IMG/VR virus record: IMGVR_UViG_3300043753_000023
Span: 26,497-90,496 of that record
DNA from: a virus
Lineage: Duplodnaviria > Caudoviricetes
Reading direction: 5' to 3' (one strand)
Length of the DNA: 64,000 nt
Shown here: in pieces, positions 35,101 through 45,012 of the stretch
Numbering within the stretch: the stretch's first letter is position 1
Layout of the letters: each line of letters starts with the position of its first letter
Notes under the pieces: generated by a model
Seen by the model: the letters and a program-made list of their open reading frames with translations, nothing else
Database searches by the model: none
What the model was told of the DNA's origin: nothing
Program-made: the position numbers and the translations under genes

Positions 35101-36316
35101 GATCGAGAGCGTCTACACGGACGGCATCGAAGCTTTGTGGAATGGCGTCGTCAACGCTATCGGGCAGAAGAGCATTGCTCTGCCCGACATTAAGAAGCTG
35201 GCCACCGGTGGTGTGCTGCCCGGGTACGCACCGGGCCAGGACACCATCCCGGCAATGCTCTCCCCCGGCGAGGGCGTGCTCGTGCCGGAGGCCGTCCGGG
35301 CATTGGGGCCGGAGACCGTGTTGGCGTTGAACGCGGCCTACGGCGGCGGCCGGGTCTCGACTCCTGGCCACTTCAGCGGTGGCGGGATCAGCGGCTTCCT
35401 CGGATCCGTCGTGAACGACATCTCCGGCGCGATCACCAAGGGCACGGACGTCGCAAAGATCATCGCGGCCGTCACGACCGGCGACACTTCCGGCCTGAAC
35501 GACGCGCTCGGCAAGTTCATCGACACGAAGGGCGCCGCCGGGAACTACGCCAAACTGATGCTGGGCATCCCGACCGCGCTGGTGCACGATGCGGTCGGGG
35601 CGATCGGCAGCATGTTCGGCGGGGGTGGCGGCAGCAACGGCAAGCTGCCGACTGGCAGTTCCAGCGCAGTCGGCGATCTGCCGGCCAACTGGCAGACGAT
35701 CGCGTCCTTCCTGGCAGGGCACGGCTTCAGTCAGTACGCCGCGGCCGGCGTGGCGGGCAACATCATGGCGGAGAGCGGCGGGGATCCCGAGATCCTTGAG
35801 GCTGGGGGTGGTGGCGGTGGCGGTCTGATCCAGTGGACGCCGTACCCGCGCAGCTACATCACTGGTGACTACCAGTCGGACCTGATGACGCAGCTGAACG
35901 CCATCCTGTCGTGGGGTGGTGGCCCGGCGCAGGTCAACCGGGCCACCTCGCCGAGCAGTGCCGCGGAGATCTACCAGGATCTATACGAACGCCCGGCAAG
36001 CCTGACGGCATCCCTGCCGCAGCGCATGTCCTCGGCTAACGCGGTGGCCAAGGGCATGAACTGGGCTTTCGATGAGGGCGGTCTCGCCAGCGGCATCGGA
36101 TCGCTGCCGAAGTACACGCCTCGCCCGGAGAGGGTGCTGTCCCCGCGGCAGACCCAGGCATTCGAGCGACTTGTTGCTGTCCTTGACCGCCAGTCTGCGA
36201 CCGACGGCAGCTCGGCGGCGGGCAAGCAGGTCGTGATCCACTTCCACGGCACACAGCACCCGACGCCCGAGCAGATGGCCGCGATCAAGCGGGAGATGGC
36301 ACTTGCGCTCGGCTAG
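32198..36316 (+). CDS. Tape measure protein with C-terminal phage tail lysozyme domain
   Basis: 1372 aa, RIATAFVQVSPD start, coiled-coil and amphipathic repeats; AAAGVAGNIMAESG...GLIQWTP. Confidence 0.92.
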   Translation: MAEGFRIATAFVQVSPDTEGFREELQAKLDESAAGTRTRVRVGLDTTDLDAGADRARARVDELGSRTARPTVRLEDGEAAAKIDAIRERLGTLSASNPSPRVRADISDAEAKVQAIEARIGRLNSVVARPAVTPQMMAAQAQIDRLTARLEELGQKKASPRVTADTAAAQARIDVLRARLNDLQAKDVQIRVKAGADLVRAEADLDRVAAKLSDAGRKDAKPKLSLNDSDFQSKLSSALSRLREFGAESAKVGAIAVGVGSLLPAVGGAAIGGGLLAGVGALGLGGISKAVSDAHQASLNVGITPQQQAATAFSNAVAVQQGQDQIGQARRQAAQDAITSANSIQQAQTNLASVERNAAQQQVQALQSVKQAEQGVEEANYSLSEAQYNLTQAWEAAREQVRQLDDQLADSKLNVQQAELAIQQAEYQQRLVNQNAYSTSLDRQQAALAVAQAQQRLTDAQDQQTSSAYAANLAHQQGVAGSQQVVQAQQAVTAAQYGQADAHAQLSDAQAQATLGQLNNADQLKAAQMQLAAASEQAAYQRQQDAHSIAVAERNLTDTIREQQLQLAATQSTENQAANQFARDMGRLTPAAQQVVQQILGMKGSFKQLTDTAQTAIAPGVTEFLRGLQSMLPSILPAVSQVGGLLSGMFSGLGKAMQSSGAKDVLQGLVDNGLQIAKTLGPALGGIAGALANIGSQKGAADGLSSLIGGLGAGLTNLVNGLSPFVGALSGLLQPLGQALAPLGGAIGTLVGHLAESLAPVLEKLIPPASKFISELAQGLAPILDSLGPLLQPVVEALSAIFSAFGPLLPVIGSLIGQLAKSLAPILQALVPIIQSVADMLAKELQKGLTEMLQALLPLFPPLAQLIVSLTPIIDVVVKLAGFILDLALKIQVPLTQAIVWIITKFADLASHWQGAVHDIEAGADWLWHHVFEPLWSGLSQGADQFVSDFGKAWSGLQDVFKLPVNFLIESVYTDGIEALWNGVVNAIGQKSIALPDIKKLATGGVLPGYAPGQDTIPAMLSPGEGVLVPEAVRALGPETVLALNAAYGGGRVSTPGHFSGGGISGFLGSVVNDISGAITKGTDVAKIIAAVTTGDTSGLNDALGKFIDTKGAAGNYAKLMLGIPTALVHDAVGAIGSMFGGGGGSNGKLPTGSSSAVGDLPANWQTIASFLAGHGFSQYAAAGVAGNIMAESGGDPEILEAGGGGGGGLIQWTPYPRSYITGDYQSDLMTQLNAILSWGGGPAQVNRATSPSSAAEIYQDLYERPASLTASLPQRMSSANAVAKGMNWAFDEGGLASGIGSLPKYTPRPERVLSPRQTQAFERLVAVLDRQSATDGSSAAGKQVVIHFHGTQHPTPEQMAAIKREMALALG

Positions 36317-36333
36317 GCGCAAGGCAGGTCCAG

Positions 36334-37056
36334 TCAGTTGCCGAGCTTCTGCTGTGCCTTCGCCAGCGCCTTGGCGTGCAGGGCGAAGGCCAGTTGCGAG
36401 CTACCGCTGCCGATCTGCATCTGGTCGAAGGTCAGGATCGCCGACGGCAGCAGGTCGAGCACGATGTAGCCGTTCACCTGCACGCCCTGCACAGAGCCGT
36501 CCATGCGATCCTCGATCGTGTTGGCGCCGCTCGCCTGCATGGGCGTCAAGGTGAAGGCGACCTTCGCGCCGCCGCTCGCCATTGTGATGTGCCCGCAGCT
36601 GTCGAATGCCGCCTTCGCCGAGTCGTAGGCCGACTGCAGCACGGAGGTCGTTCCGGCGGTGAGTTCGAGGCCGACGAACGGGCCTTCGGCGCCGCCCTGG
36701 TAGTTACCGCTGACGTGGTTGGCACTGCCCGGCGGTTCGTTGAGGAGGTCCGCGAGGGGCTTGCAGCCGCTGGCCGCACCGCCGGAACTGCCGTCATCCG
36801 GGGCCGCGGTGAAGTTGGGGCCGAGTTCGGCGGCCGTGAGGAGAGCGCTCCGCAGCGTCGCAAGGCTGGGCAGCGCCGCGGCCGGGCTGGGGCTGGAGCT
36901 TGGTGAACTGCTGTGGCCAGCAGTTGTCGGCTTGGCCGCTGCAGGAACGGTCATGGTGGCGGCCACGCCCGGCGACGGTGCGGCGGCCGGCTTGGCGCTG
37001 CTGCTGCATGCGGCGGCGAGTAGGACGACGGTGGCAGCTGGAACAAGGCGGCGCAT
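36334..37056 (-). CDS. Lipoprotein moron, antisense within the tail operon
   Basis: MRR-hydrophobic-LLAAAC lipobox, Ser/Pro linker, extracellular domain; GGAG RBS. Confidence 0.8.
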   Translation of the reverse strand: MRRLVPAATVVLLAAACSSSAKPAAAPSPGVAATMTVPAAAKPTTAGHSSSPSSSPSPAAALPSLATLRSALLTAAELGPNFTAAPDDGSSGGAASGCKPLADLLNEPPGSANHVSGNYQGGAEGPFVGLELTAGTTSVLQSAYDSAKAAFDSCGHITMASGGAKVAFTLTPMQASGANTIEDRMDGSVQGVQVNGYIVLDLLPSAILTFDQMQIGSGSSQLAFALHAKALAKAQQKLGN

Positions 37057-37155
37057 GGGTCTCTCCTATATAGGTGGCGGGCGCCGCCAGTGTGGCAGTC
37101 GCATGGTCAGCAGCAGGCGCGAGTTACCGGGCCGTGATCACGGGGGTGATGCCTG

Positions 37156-38409
37156 GTGAGTGGCGCTATCGCTGGACAGCCATGGGCGTTCGGCTTGGAA
37201 TTCCTCTCGGAGACCACTGGTCTCCCCGCCGACCCCACCTCCGTCCAGTTGGATGTGACCTACGGCCAGCAGGTCGGCATCGTCCCGGATGTGGCCGGCC
37301 CCTATACGTACCAGGGCGCGTCCGCTCCCGTGTCGGGGCAGGTGTGGCGCACTGGGGTCGGGCAGTACGCCTGCTTCTGGAACATTCCCGCCGGCACGCC
37401 GCAGGGCGTATACGTCGCCAACTGGACCTGCAGCTATGGCGGCCACGCCTTCCTCGGCACCGAGAACGTCACCGTCGCCGGTGGCGTTCCGATCCCCGTG
37501 CCCGCTGGCGACACTGGCTACTGGACCGGCGGTCTCACCTACGCGCCGGCGGCGCTGGACATCGAATTCGGGACCACCGACAGCAGCGGCGTCACCTGGC
37601 TGTGGCAGAAGCTGGAGGGCTGGGACAGCCCGGACGTACAGGGCGGCGGCGTGATCGCCCGAAGTGGTGACCACGGGGCATGGCTGGCGCCCCAGTACTA
37701 CGCGGCCCGCGCCTTGACGCTGACGGTGACCGCGTCCGCGCCGACGCAAGCACTGCGGGATGTGGCCCGCGCCAAACTCCAACAGGCGATCCCCGTCTCC
37801 GATTTGGCAATGCTCCGCTATGACGAGCCGGTGCCGAAGTACTCATGGGTGCGACGCTCCGGCAAGCTCGCCGAGAAGTACCTGACCTTGTCGGACGTCA
37901 CATTCACCATCGGCCTCATCGCGCCGGATCCCCGAAAATACGCGGTAGCGCAGCGGTCGCTGACGATCGGAATGCTCCCCGCCAGCACGGGCGGCACCAT
38001 GGTCGAGCCGTTCGCCGTGCCGTTCAGTCTGCACTCCGCCCCACCGCCTGGCGCCGCGGTGGCCGCCAACGGCGGCAACTTCACGGCCCCGCCTGTCGCG
38101 GTGATCAGCGGCCCGGTCACAGGCCCGTCGCTCGGCAACCTGACGACCGGCAAACAGGTGACCTGGTCGAGTCTCACGCTCAACGCCGGCGATGTCTTCG
38201 TGATCGACTTCCTCAACAGGCAAGGGTTCGTCAACCCGACAACGGTCTCAACGACGCCTGGGATTCCCTCGGCTGGCGGCACGTACTGGCCCGCTGACCT
38301 GACGTCCGCCTGGTGGCACATGGCGCCAGGCAACAACACCCTCCAATTCGGGGGCGTCGCCGGGACCGGCTCGACCACGGCCTTCTTCTGGCATGACAGC
38401 TTTATTTAG
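37156..38409 (+). CDS. Distal tail (Dit-like) protein with N-terminal extra domain
   Basis: FGTTDSSGVTWLWQKLEGWDSP...APDPRKY; follows the tape measure. Confidence 0.75.
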   Translation: MSGAIAGQPWAFGLEFLSETTGLPADPTSVQLDVTYGQQVGIVPDVAGPYTYQGASAPVSGQVWRTGVGQYACFWNIPAGTPQGVYVANWTCSYGGHAFLGTENVTVAGGVPIPVPAGDTGYWTGGLTYAPAALDIEFGTTDSSGVTWLWQKLEGWDSPDVQGGGVIARSGDHGAWLAPQYYAARALTLTVTASAPTQALRDVARAKLQQAIPVSDLAMLRYDEPVPKYSWVRRSGKLAEKYLTLSDVTFTIGLIAPDPRKYAVAQRSLTIGMLPASTGGTMVEPFAVPFSLHSAPPPGAAVAANGGNFTAPPVAVISGPVTGPSLGNLTTGKQVTWSSLTLNAGDVFVIDFLNRQGFVNPTTVSTTPGIPSAGGTYWPADLTSAWWHMAPGNNTLQFGGVAGTGSTTAFFWHDSFI

Positions 38410-38418
38410 GGAGGACCC

Positions 38419-39513
38419 ATGGTCACGTCGGCGAACACGAGCCTCCCCATCTGGCTCGCGGGATGCGTCTATGACGCCAGCGGCGGCAACGACTTGCGGA
38501 ACAGCTCAGTTACCGCGATGTACTACGACCAGGGCATCGTCAGTGGCACGGGCGGCTCGCCCGGGACGGCGATCGGCGTCCGCGGCGGCGTAATCGGCGG
38601 CGCTGGCCTGTGGTGCTACCCAGGCACCGGAATGAGCTTCCTGGTTCAGCCCGGCTCGTTTGTCGTGCCGAACAGTGCGACCCCGACGGCCGGCGGCTAT
38701 GCCGCAACGCTGGCTACGCAGGCCACGCTGACTGTGCAGACAGCGGACCCGACAAACACGCGGATCGACATCGTGGTGGCCTACGTCAACGACGTGGGCA
38801 CGTCCGCCAGTTTCGGCGCGGTGGCGATCCTCACGGGCGTGGCAGCGGCAACGCCCTCGGCTCCGACCCCGCCGGCGAACAGCATCACCTTGGCGCAGAT
38901 CAGCGTCCCCGCCGGTACCACGACGATCACGTCGGCGCTGATCACGGACAAGCGGCCTTTCACCACGGCAACCGGCGGAATCCTGGTGGCGCCGATCGGA
39001 TCAGTCACCGGCTACGTCGGCCAGATCGCCTACGACCAGCCGTCAGGCCGCTTCTACCACAACAACAACAACGCGTCCTCGACGCAGCTGCGCGTGCTGC
39101 CATGGGCTCCGGTGATCACCACTCAGTCAACGGTCTTTAACTGGGGGGGTGCGGAGACCACTGTCCTGTCGGCCACGATGACGACTGACGGCTACACGGA
39201 CGTTCAGATATTCTTCAAGTGGCCCGGAATCTCCAGCAGTCACAGCGGCTACAACTACAACGTGGTGTACAGAATGTACATCGACTCGACGCAGGTTGAT
39301 GGATTCTTCACCCCGAATGATCCGGCTGATGGAAGTACGCACAGCGGCGGCTCGTGGTCCTATTTCACCTCGTCGACGACGGGTGACACGCCAAGTAGCG
39401 GCACTCACACGGTGAGGGTGACGGCCCAGAACCTGTCGGGGAATTACAGCACCAACATCTACGGTGTCTCCACGAATAAAATCATTCTCAGGGTAAGCCC
39501 GGTGTCCCTGTGA
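38419..39513 (+). CDS. Minor tail protein
   Basis: ADPTNTRIDIVVAYV...LAQISVPAG...ITDKR; GGAGG RBS. Confidence 0.75.
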   Translation: MVTSANTSLPIWLAGCVYDASGGNDLRNSSVTAMYYDQGIVSGTGGSPGTAIGVRGGVIGGAGLWCYPGTGMSFLVQPGSFVVPNSATPTAGGYAATLATQATLTVQTADPTNTRIDIVVAYVNDVGTSASFGAVAILTGVAAATPSAPTPPANSITLAQISVPAGTTTITSALITDKRPFTTATGGILVAPIGSVTGYVGQIAYDQPSGRFYHNNNNASSTQLRVLPWAPVITTQSTVFNWGGAETTVLSATMTTDGYTDVQIFFKWPGISSSHSGYNYNVVYRMYIDSTQVDGFFTPNDPADGSTHSGGSWSYFTSSTTGDTPSSGTHTVRVTAQNLSGNYSTNIYGVSTNKIILRVSPVSL

Positions 39514-40727
39514 GCACCTACACCTACCAGTCGACCGACCTGATCAGCGGTCGGGTGCTCGCCGACGACATCCCCCTGACGGTGTCAAGCTTCGGCATGC
39601 AGCTCAACGGCTCCGGAAGCTTGACCGGATCCCTCACGCTGGGCGAGCCGTACTCCGTCAATGCCCCGTACGTACGGGCATTGGAGCCTCGGCGGTCAGT
39701 TTTGTGGGTCCTGCAGGACGGCTACCCGGTGTGGGCCGGAATCGTGTGGGACTGGCCAGACGAGGGCCGCACCAACAACACGCTGCCGATCCAGGCGCAG
39801 ACATTGGACTCGCTGTGGTCGCATCGTCTGATCACGGACACCCTTGAGTACCCGCAGGTGGACCTATTCCAAGCGTTCATCGACCTGACCCAGTACGGCA
39901 TAACAAAGAACAGCAACTTCATCGCCACCGGCGTGTCCCCCGCAGCTTCCAGAACTCCCGCATACCTGGCGATGGTTGCCACCAATTGCGGTGTCGCCCG
40001 GCTGGTACTTCCCTCGGGCGCCGCAACAATGGCCGGCATCCCGTGGACGGCCAGCTACACGTACTCGGACAAGACTCAGGTGTCGTCCGCATGGTCAGAC
40101 ATGTGCGCATCGGGCAACCTGGAATATGCATTCGTGCCCGGCCTTGACTCCTCCGGTAATCTCGCGGTTTTCCTCCGGCTCGGATACCTGCAACTCGGAC
40201 GCCCAGCACAGCAGTCGGGGTACACCATCGCCTACCCGGGCAACGCCATCGACTACAGCTACCCGCGCACCGGCTCGCAGAGCTCGAACCTTGTCTGGGC
40301 GACTGCGCCACCGAACGGCTCGGCCCTGCAGTGGCAGTCACAGTGGCCGCATGGTGCTGACCTGACGGACCTCGCCGCTGGCTACCCACTGATGGAGTCG
40401 ACCGTATCTTGGCAAGGCAGCGTCGTCACGGCGCAGGCGATGGTCGACCAATTCGCCGACGGCCAAGTGCAGCTGAAGACGCAGGCGATGACCCTGCCGA
40501 CCGCCAAAATCGGCAGCGGTTACCCGCTGCTGCGCAACATTGTCTTGGGCGACACCACGTGGCTCACCGCCACGTCGAACCTGCACCCGGCGCAGGCGAA
40601 CGGCGCGCCCGGCCTGCAGGCCGCAGTGCGCGTCACGGGCTGGACGTGCACCCCGTCAGGTCCGAATCAGCCGGAGTCAATCCAGCTGACCACCTCCTCC
40701 ATCGGCGTTCAGGGGGTGGGGCATTGA
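39510..40727 (+). CDS. Minor tail / baseplate hub protein
   Basis: PVWAGIVW motif; coupled. Confidence 0.75.
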   Translation: MSTYTYQSTDLISGRVLADDIPLTVSSFGMQLNGSGSLTGSLTLGEPYSVNAPYVRALEPRRSVLWVLQDGYPVWAGIVWDWPDEGRTNNTLPIQAQTLDSLWSHRLITDTLEYPQVDLFQAFIDLTQYGITKNSNFIATGVSPAASRTPAYLAMVATNCGVARLVLPSGAATMAGIPWTASYTYSDKTQVSSAWSDMCASGNLEYAFVPGLDSSGNLAVFLRLGYLQLGRPAQQSGYTIAYPGNAIDYSYPRTGSQSSNLVWATAPPNGSALQWQSQWPHGADLTDLAAGYPLMESTVSWQGSVVTAQAMVDQFADGQVQLKTQAMTLPTAKIGSGYPLLRNIVLGDTTWLTATSNLHPAQANGAPGLQAAVRVTGWTCTPSGPNQPESIQLTTSSIGVQGVGH

Positions 40728-40729
40728 CG

Positions 40730-41029
40730 ATGTATCCGCAGCCGCTGGAGAAGCGCTTCGCTGCGACCATCCAGGCGATCCTGGCCCGGCTCACGAAGCT
40801 CGAGTCGCGCACTGGGTCGATCGACTCCGGGTATCCGGTGGCCGCACTTCCCGCGGTCATCGACTCCGCCTATGCCTCGGGCGATCCGAGGGCCTACATC
40901 AACGGGGCCCCCACGCTGACGGGCCCCTACCAGCACCTCTCGTCCTACACGCCCACCGCTGGCGATGCCGTCCTGGCAATGCCGGTGGGCGCCCTGAAGA
41001 CCTACATCATCCTAGGGAAGCTGATCTAG
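40730..41029 (+). CDS. Small tail-associated protein
   Basis: SYTPTAGDAVL...YIILGK. Confidence 0.7.
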   Translation: MYPQPLEKRFAATIQAILARLTKLESRTGSIDSGYPVAALPAVIDSAYASGDPRAYINGAPTLTGPYQHLSSYTPTAGDAVLAMPVGALKTYIILGKLI

Positions 41030-41030
41030 C

Positions 41031-42488
41031 TTGACTGCGATCACGTATGGCGTCACCCTGTCCGACCTCATCGGCTGGATCAACGTGCAGGCGCCGGGCT
41101 ACGGCGCCAAGGGGGATGGCGTCACCGACGACACTGCGGCGCTGCAGGCTGCGCTGACTGCCGCCGCGAGCTCGCCCGGCGGCACCGTCTACCTGCCGGC
41201 CGGGACCTACCTTGTCAGCAGCCCGCTGACCGTGGCTGGCGGCGTCACCATGCGCGGCGACAGTCAGGCGCAGGTCACCCTGAAGATCGCAGCGACGTTC
41301 TCTGGCGCCCAGGTCATCAACGTCACGGGGACCGCAGGCACCGTGCAGGGGATCACCATCACCGGGATCTCCACGACCTACAGCTCGAACCCCGCCGCCG
41401 ACGCCATCCGCGTCTCCAATGCGATGCGGTGCACCGTCAAGGACGTGTACATCGCGTACGTCAACGGCTGGGGCGTTGCCGCCCTGGCATCCGGCACCGG
41501 AAGCTGCCTGTGGACGGTCCTGGACAACGTGCACGTCTACCAGGGCGCCCAGGGCATCCACCTGCTCGGCGTGACCGGTTCCGGCTTCAATGCGGGCTCC
41601 TACCTCACGAACTGCAACGCGGAGCAGATCGCCGGCGGCGACGGGTACCTGCTGGAGGACGTACACGACGTCACCATGGCGAACTCGGAGGGATGGAATC
41701 TCTCCACCTCGACCGGCAATACCCTGCACATCAAGGGGAATTCGGCTGCAATCTACGCATCCAACTTCTCGCTGGGCGGCCTGACCGGCTCAACCCCGCA
41801 GGCCCATGCGGTAGTCCTTGTCGAGTCTGGCGCGAACGGGACGCCCAACGGTGTGGTTCTGACCGGTGGCATTGTCGAGGCTGGCACTCCAGGCCTGTCG
41901 GTCACTGCCGGAACGCGGATCGTCTGCCAGGGTGTGCAGTTCTTCTCGAACGCGAACTACGGTGCAGTGGTGTCCGGTTCGGCCACTCCCGACGTCCTCT
42001 TCAGCTCGTGCACGTTCAACGGCAATGGCTACACGGCGGGTGCCGGCGACTTCGACCTGGTGTGTTCGACCACCAATGGCTACGTCGATGTGAACCACAG
42101 CGAGTTCCTTACGCCGTCGGGCACTGGGGCCCAGCAGGTCGCCTCGGCCGTCAATGCCAACGGTCAGTTGTACATGACTGCGAACAGGTTTGCGGGTGCG
42201 GGCGCAGTCGGCGGTGGCGGTGGTGGATACCCGAAGGCCGCCCACCTCAACGTGGGCTACAACCCCCTTGGCCCGCTGGGTGCACCGACCGTCCCGGCCT
42301 CCGGGACGCCCATGACGAGCCCGTACGGGGTTGACTGCACCGTCCACATCTCCGGCGGCACAGTGAGCGCCATCGCCGTCGGCGGAACGGTCACCGGGCT
42401 GACGTCCGGCACTTTCCGCCTCCCAGTGGGTCAGGCCATCACCCTGACGTACACCGCGGCGCCGACCTGGGTCTGGCTCGGCGACTGA
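41031..42488 (+). CDS. Tail spike, pectate-lyase-3/GH28-like beta-helix
   Basis: [20 protein letters not shown]...TVYLPAGTY followed by beta-helix repeats. Confidence 0.88.
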   Translation: MTAITYGVTLSDLIGWINVQAPGYGAKGDGVTDDTAALQAALTAAASSPGGTVYLPAGTYLVSSPLTVAGGVTMRGDSQAQVTLKIAATFSGAQVINVTGTAGTVQGITITGISTTYSSNPAADAIRVSNAMRCTVKDVYIAYVNGWGVAALASGTGSCLWTVLDNVHVYQGAQGIHLLGVTGSGFNAGSYLTNCNAEQIAGGDGYLLEDVHDVTMANSEGWNLSTSTGNTLHIKGNSAAIYASNFSLGGLTGSTPQAHAVVLVESGANGTPNGVVLTGGIVEAGTPGLSVTAGTRIVCQGVQFFSNANYGAVVSGSATPDVLFSSCTFNGNGYTAGAGDFDLVCSTTNGYVDVNHSEFLTPSGTGAQQVASAVNANGQLYMTANRFAGAGAVGGGGGGYPKAAHLNVGYNPLGPLGAPTVPASGTPMTSPYGVDCTVHISGGTVSAIAVGGTVTGLTSGTFRLPVGQAITLTYTAAPTWVWLGD

Positions 42489-42515
42489 CCGCCACCGCCA
42501 ACCTTTCCTGCCCTC

Positions 42516-42554
42516 AAGCCCCGCCAACGTGCGGGGCTTTCGTATGCCCGGAGG
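42516..42554 (+). terminator. Hairpin-TTTCGTATGCCC-RBS element upstream of the PLD gene
   Basis: AAGCCCCGC/GCGGGGCTT stem then GGAGG. Confidence 0.7.
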
Positions 42555-42558
42555 CACT

Positions 42559-43095
42559 ATGCCGCTGCCCGACCTCGCGGTTCTGGACCGCTTCAAGACC
42601 GGCGGCTTCCCCGCCGACTATCCGACCTGGACGCGGACTTGGTACTCGCCGGTCGACGACGTTCACGGGGCTCTGCGAGCCCTGGTCGCCTCGGCGACGA
42701 GCAGCCTGGTGGTCGCCATGTACGGCTTCGACGACGACGAGCTTGCGGACCTCATCAAGCAGAAGCTTGCGGATCCGAGCATCGTCGTCCAACTCACTCT
42801 CGACTCCAGCCAGGCCGGCGGCGTGCACGAGCGGGAGATCCTCGCCGAGGAGGCCTACCCGGCTTCGTCGGTGGCGATTGGCCGGTCAGAGCGGGGCCAG
42901 ATCATGCACCTCAAGGAGGTCGTGGTCGACGGCCTCGACGTCATCACCGGCAGCACCAACTGGTCGAACAGCGGCGAGAGTCTGCAGGACAACGCCATGA
43001 TACTGATCCGGGATCGGGTGGTCGCCGCAGAGGCGCGCACCCGGATCGATGCGATTCACCACCACATGCTCGGCACCGCTCGGAAGGCGGCGTGA
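42559..43095 (+). CDS. Single-HKD phospholipase D / Nuc-family protein
   Basis: [10 protein letters not shown]...TGSTNWS...QDN; SLVVAMYGF. Confidence 0.85.
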   Translation: MPLPDLAVLDRFKTGGFPADYPTWTRTWYSPVDDVHGALRALVASATSSLVVAMYGFDDDELADLIKQKLADPSIVVQLTLDSSQAGGVHEREILAEEAYPASSVAIGRSERGQIMHLKEVVVDGLDVITGSTNWSNSGESLQDNAMILIRDRVVAAEARTRIDAIHHHMLGTARKAA

Positions 43096-43538
43096 TGGCG
43101 GACAGGCTCCTCCGGCCCGCGGTCTTCGGCGCCTTCGACGGCGTCACCGCGGTCCTCGGTGTGCTGCTGTCCCTGCACGGCCATCCCGGCTGGGTACTGC
43201 CGTCCGCGCTGGGCCTCGCGGTTGCGGAAGGCGTAGGAATGGCGGCCGGCCAGTGGCTGTCGTCCGACTCGGACTCGGGGCTGGCTGCGTCGGGGGCGAT
43301 TGGTACAGCCACCGCCTTCGGATCCCTCGCCCCCGCCGTCCCGTTCGCCGTGCTGCCGATGCCGTGGGCTGCCGTGGCGTCCGCGCTCATCCTGGCCGCC
43401 ATCGGCCTCGGGATCGCAGCTGTCCGACGCCGCGACCGCGGCTGGCCGCGCGGTCTGGCGGAGACCTTCGGAGTTCTGGTTGCCGCCCTGGTGGCGGTCG
43501 GAGTGTGCATGACGCTGACACCGGGAGGTGCGGGATGA
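43095..43538 (+). CDS. VIT1/CCC1-like membrane protein (short form)
   Basis: LRPAVFGAFDGVTAVLG...AEGVGMAAGQWLS...LVPF-like segment; about 5 TM. Confidence 0.75.
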   Translation: MADRLLRPAVFGAFDGVTAVLGVLLSLHGHPGWVLPSALGLAVAEGVGMAAGQWLSSDSDSGLAASGAIGTATAFGSLAPAVPFAVLPMPWAAVASALILAAIGLGIAAVRRRDRGWPRGLAETFGVLVAALVAVGVCMTLTPGGAG

Positions 43539-43897
43539 GCGCGGATCTGCAGACGCAACTGCTAGCCGAGCTGACGGCAGCACGGGAGCACCGGGAGGCC
43601 GCCGCGCGGCGCCCCGGCCGACACGGCTGGCTCCGGCACCTCGTGGCTGGCTTGGAGGACGACCCGGCGGTACAGGCGCGGATCCACAAGTGGGCCTGCG
43701 TGTACTGGATCGCGAACTTCCCGGTAATTGGGGTGCTCTACTTCTTCTTCCCGGCCACCTGGGTCTCGCTCGGGCTGCTGGTGAACACCTTCTACAGCCT
43801 GTACGCCAACTTCGCGACCGACTATGGCGGCCTGTCCGCCGCGCAAGCGTCGATGCACGCGGAGGCAGCAACCGCGGCAAAGGACGGTGTCGGGTGA
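43535..43897 (+). CDS. Membrane protein (holin candidate)
   Basis: Two aromatic-rich hydrophobic segments; coupled. Confidence 0.65.
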   Translation: MSADLQTQLLAELTAAREHREAAARRPGRHGWLRHLVAGLEDDPAVQARIHKWACVYWIANFPVIGVLYFFFPATWVSLGLLVNTFYSLYANFATDYGGLSAAQASMHAEAATAAKDGVG

Positions 43898-44112
43898 ACG
43901 CGCTCCTCGCTGCTGGGTCCGCCAGCGACGGCCCGTGGGTGTGGCTCGGCGGCGCGGTCTCCGCGTCCATCCTGCTCGCGGCCGTCGTGAAGGTCGGCCG
44001 CTGGATCAGCACGGTCGAAGCCCGAATCGACCGACACGACGCGGCCCTTCGCCGGATCGGCAAGGCCCTCGCCGATGACCCCGACGACCGGACGCCGGAA
44101 GGGAGTTCATGA
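43894..44112 (+). CDS. Single-TM plus coiled-coil protein (lysis accessory)
   Basis: GTGA and ATGA coupling to the endolysin. Confidence 0.65.
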   Translation: MNALLAAGSASDGPWVWLGGAVSASILLAAVVKVGRWISTVEARIDRHDAALRRIGKALADDPDDRTPEGSS

Positions 44113-45008
44113 TGGGGATCTATGGCCAGGACTGGGCAAGTTACCAGTCGGCGCAGCCCGACGTGTCGGGCCTGTCGTTCGCCTTCGTGAAGATCACCGA
44201 AGGCTTGTCGTACATCAACCCGCTGTGGAAGCGGCAGCGCGACCACGCCAAGGCCAACGGCCTCGTGTGGGGCGCCTACCACTACCCGAACATGCACAAC
44301 TCGGACCGCGCCGAGGCGGACTTCTTCCTCGCCCAGAACCAGTGGCAGCCCGGCGACTTGGTCGTCCTCGACTGGGAGGGCTACGACGCAGCGAACGCCA
44401 CGGTCAGCGCCGCAGACCAGCTCGCATACAAGGAGGGCTACCTCCAGTACGTGAAAAGCCGGCTGCCGCACAACCCCGTGGGCCTGTACTGCAACACGGA
44501 CTACTGGAACCGGGTCGACACGACCGGGCACCGCGGCGACTTCCTGTGGATCGCCACCGCCGGCCGAGCCGCGGGCGATCCGGGGATCGCGGCGCAGTGG
44601 CTTTTCCACCAGTACTCGGACGCGGGTGTCGACCGCGACTTCAGCCCCTTCGCATCCACCGCGGCACTCCGCACTTGGGCGTTGGGCTTCGCCACCCCCA
44701 TCCCGGCTCAACCTCAGGAGACTGACATGCTCGACGACGCAACCATCGCCCTGTGGAACGGGATGATCTGGGGCCTCAAGAACACCACCGAGACGACTCA
44801 GCGGCAGATTAGCCAGCTGCAGCAGCAGATGGCCGCACAGCAGGCGACCATCACCACCCTTGCGGGGCTGCTGTCCGCGCAGCACCCGGGCGTGGACACC
44901 GCGCAGGTGGTGGCGGCGGTGGATGACGCGATCGCGAAGGCCACGGTGCACGTGACCGTGACGGACTCCGTGCCGCCGCCGGCCGCCGCCGTGAAGCCGG
45001 CCGGGTGA
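44109..45008 (+). CDS. Endolysin, GH25 muramidase
   Basis: YGQDWASYQ, FVKITEG, GAYHY, VLDWEG, GLYCN, LWIA, FHQYS. Confidence 0.92.
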   Translation: MMGIYGQDWASYQSAQPDVSGLSFAFVKITEGLSYINPLWKRQRDHAKANGLVWGAYHYPNMHNSDRAEADFFLAQNQWQPGDLVVLDWEGYDAANATVSAADQLAYKEGYLQYVKSRLPHNPVGLYCNTDYWNRVDTTGHRGDFLWIATAGRAAGDPGIAAQWLFHQYSDAGVDRDFSPFASTAALRTWALGFATPIPAQPQETDMLDDATIALWNGMIWGLKNTTETTQRQISQLQQQMAAQQATITTLAGLLSAQHPGVDTAQVVAAVDDAIAKATVHVTVTDSVPPPAAAVKPAG

Positions 45009-45012
45009 CTGC

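Noticed and set aside
37156-42488. Diversity-generating retroelement or invertible tail-fibre cassette
   Set aside because: No reverse transcriptase, no template/variable repeat pair and no invertase near the tail genes
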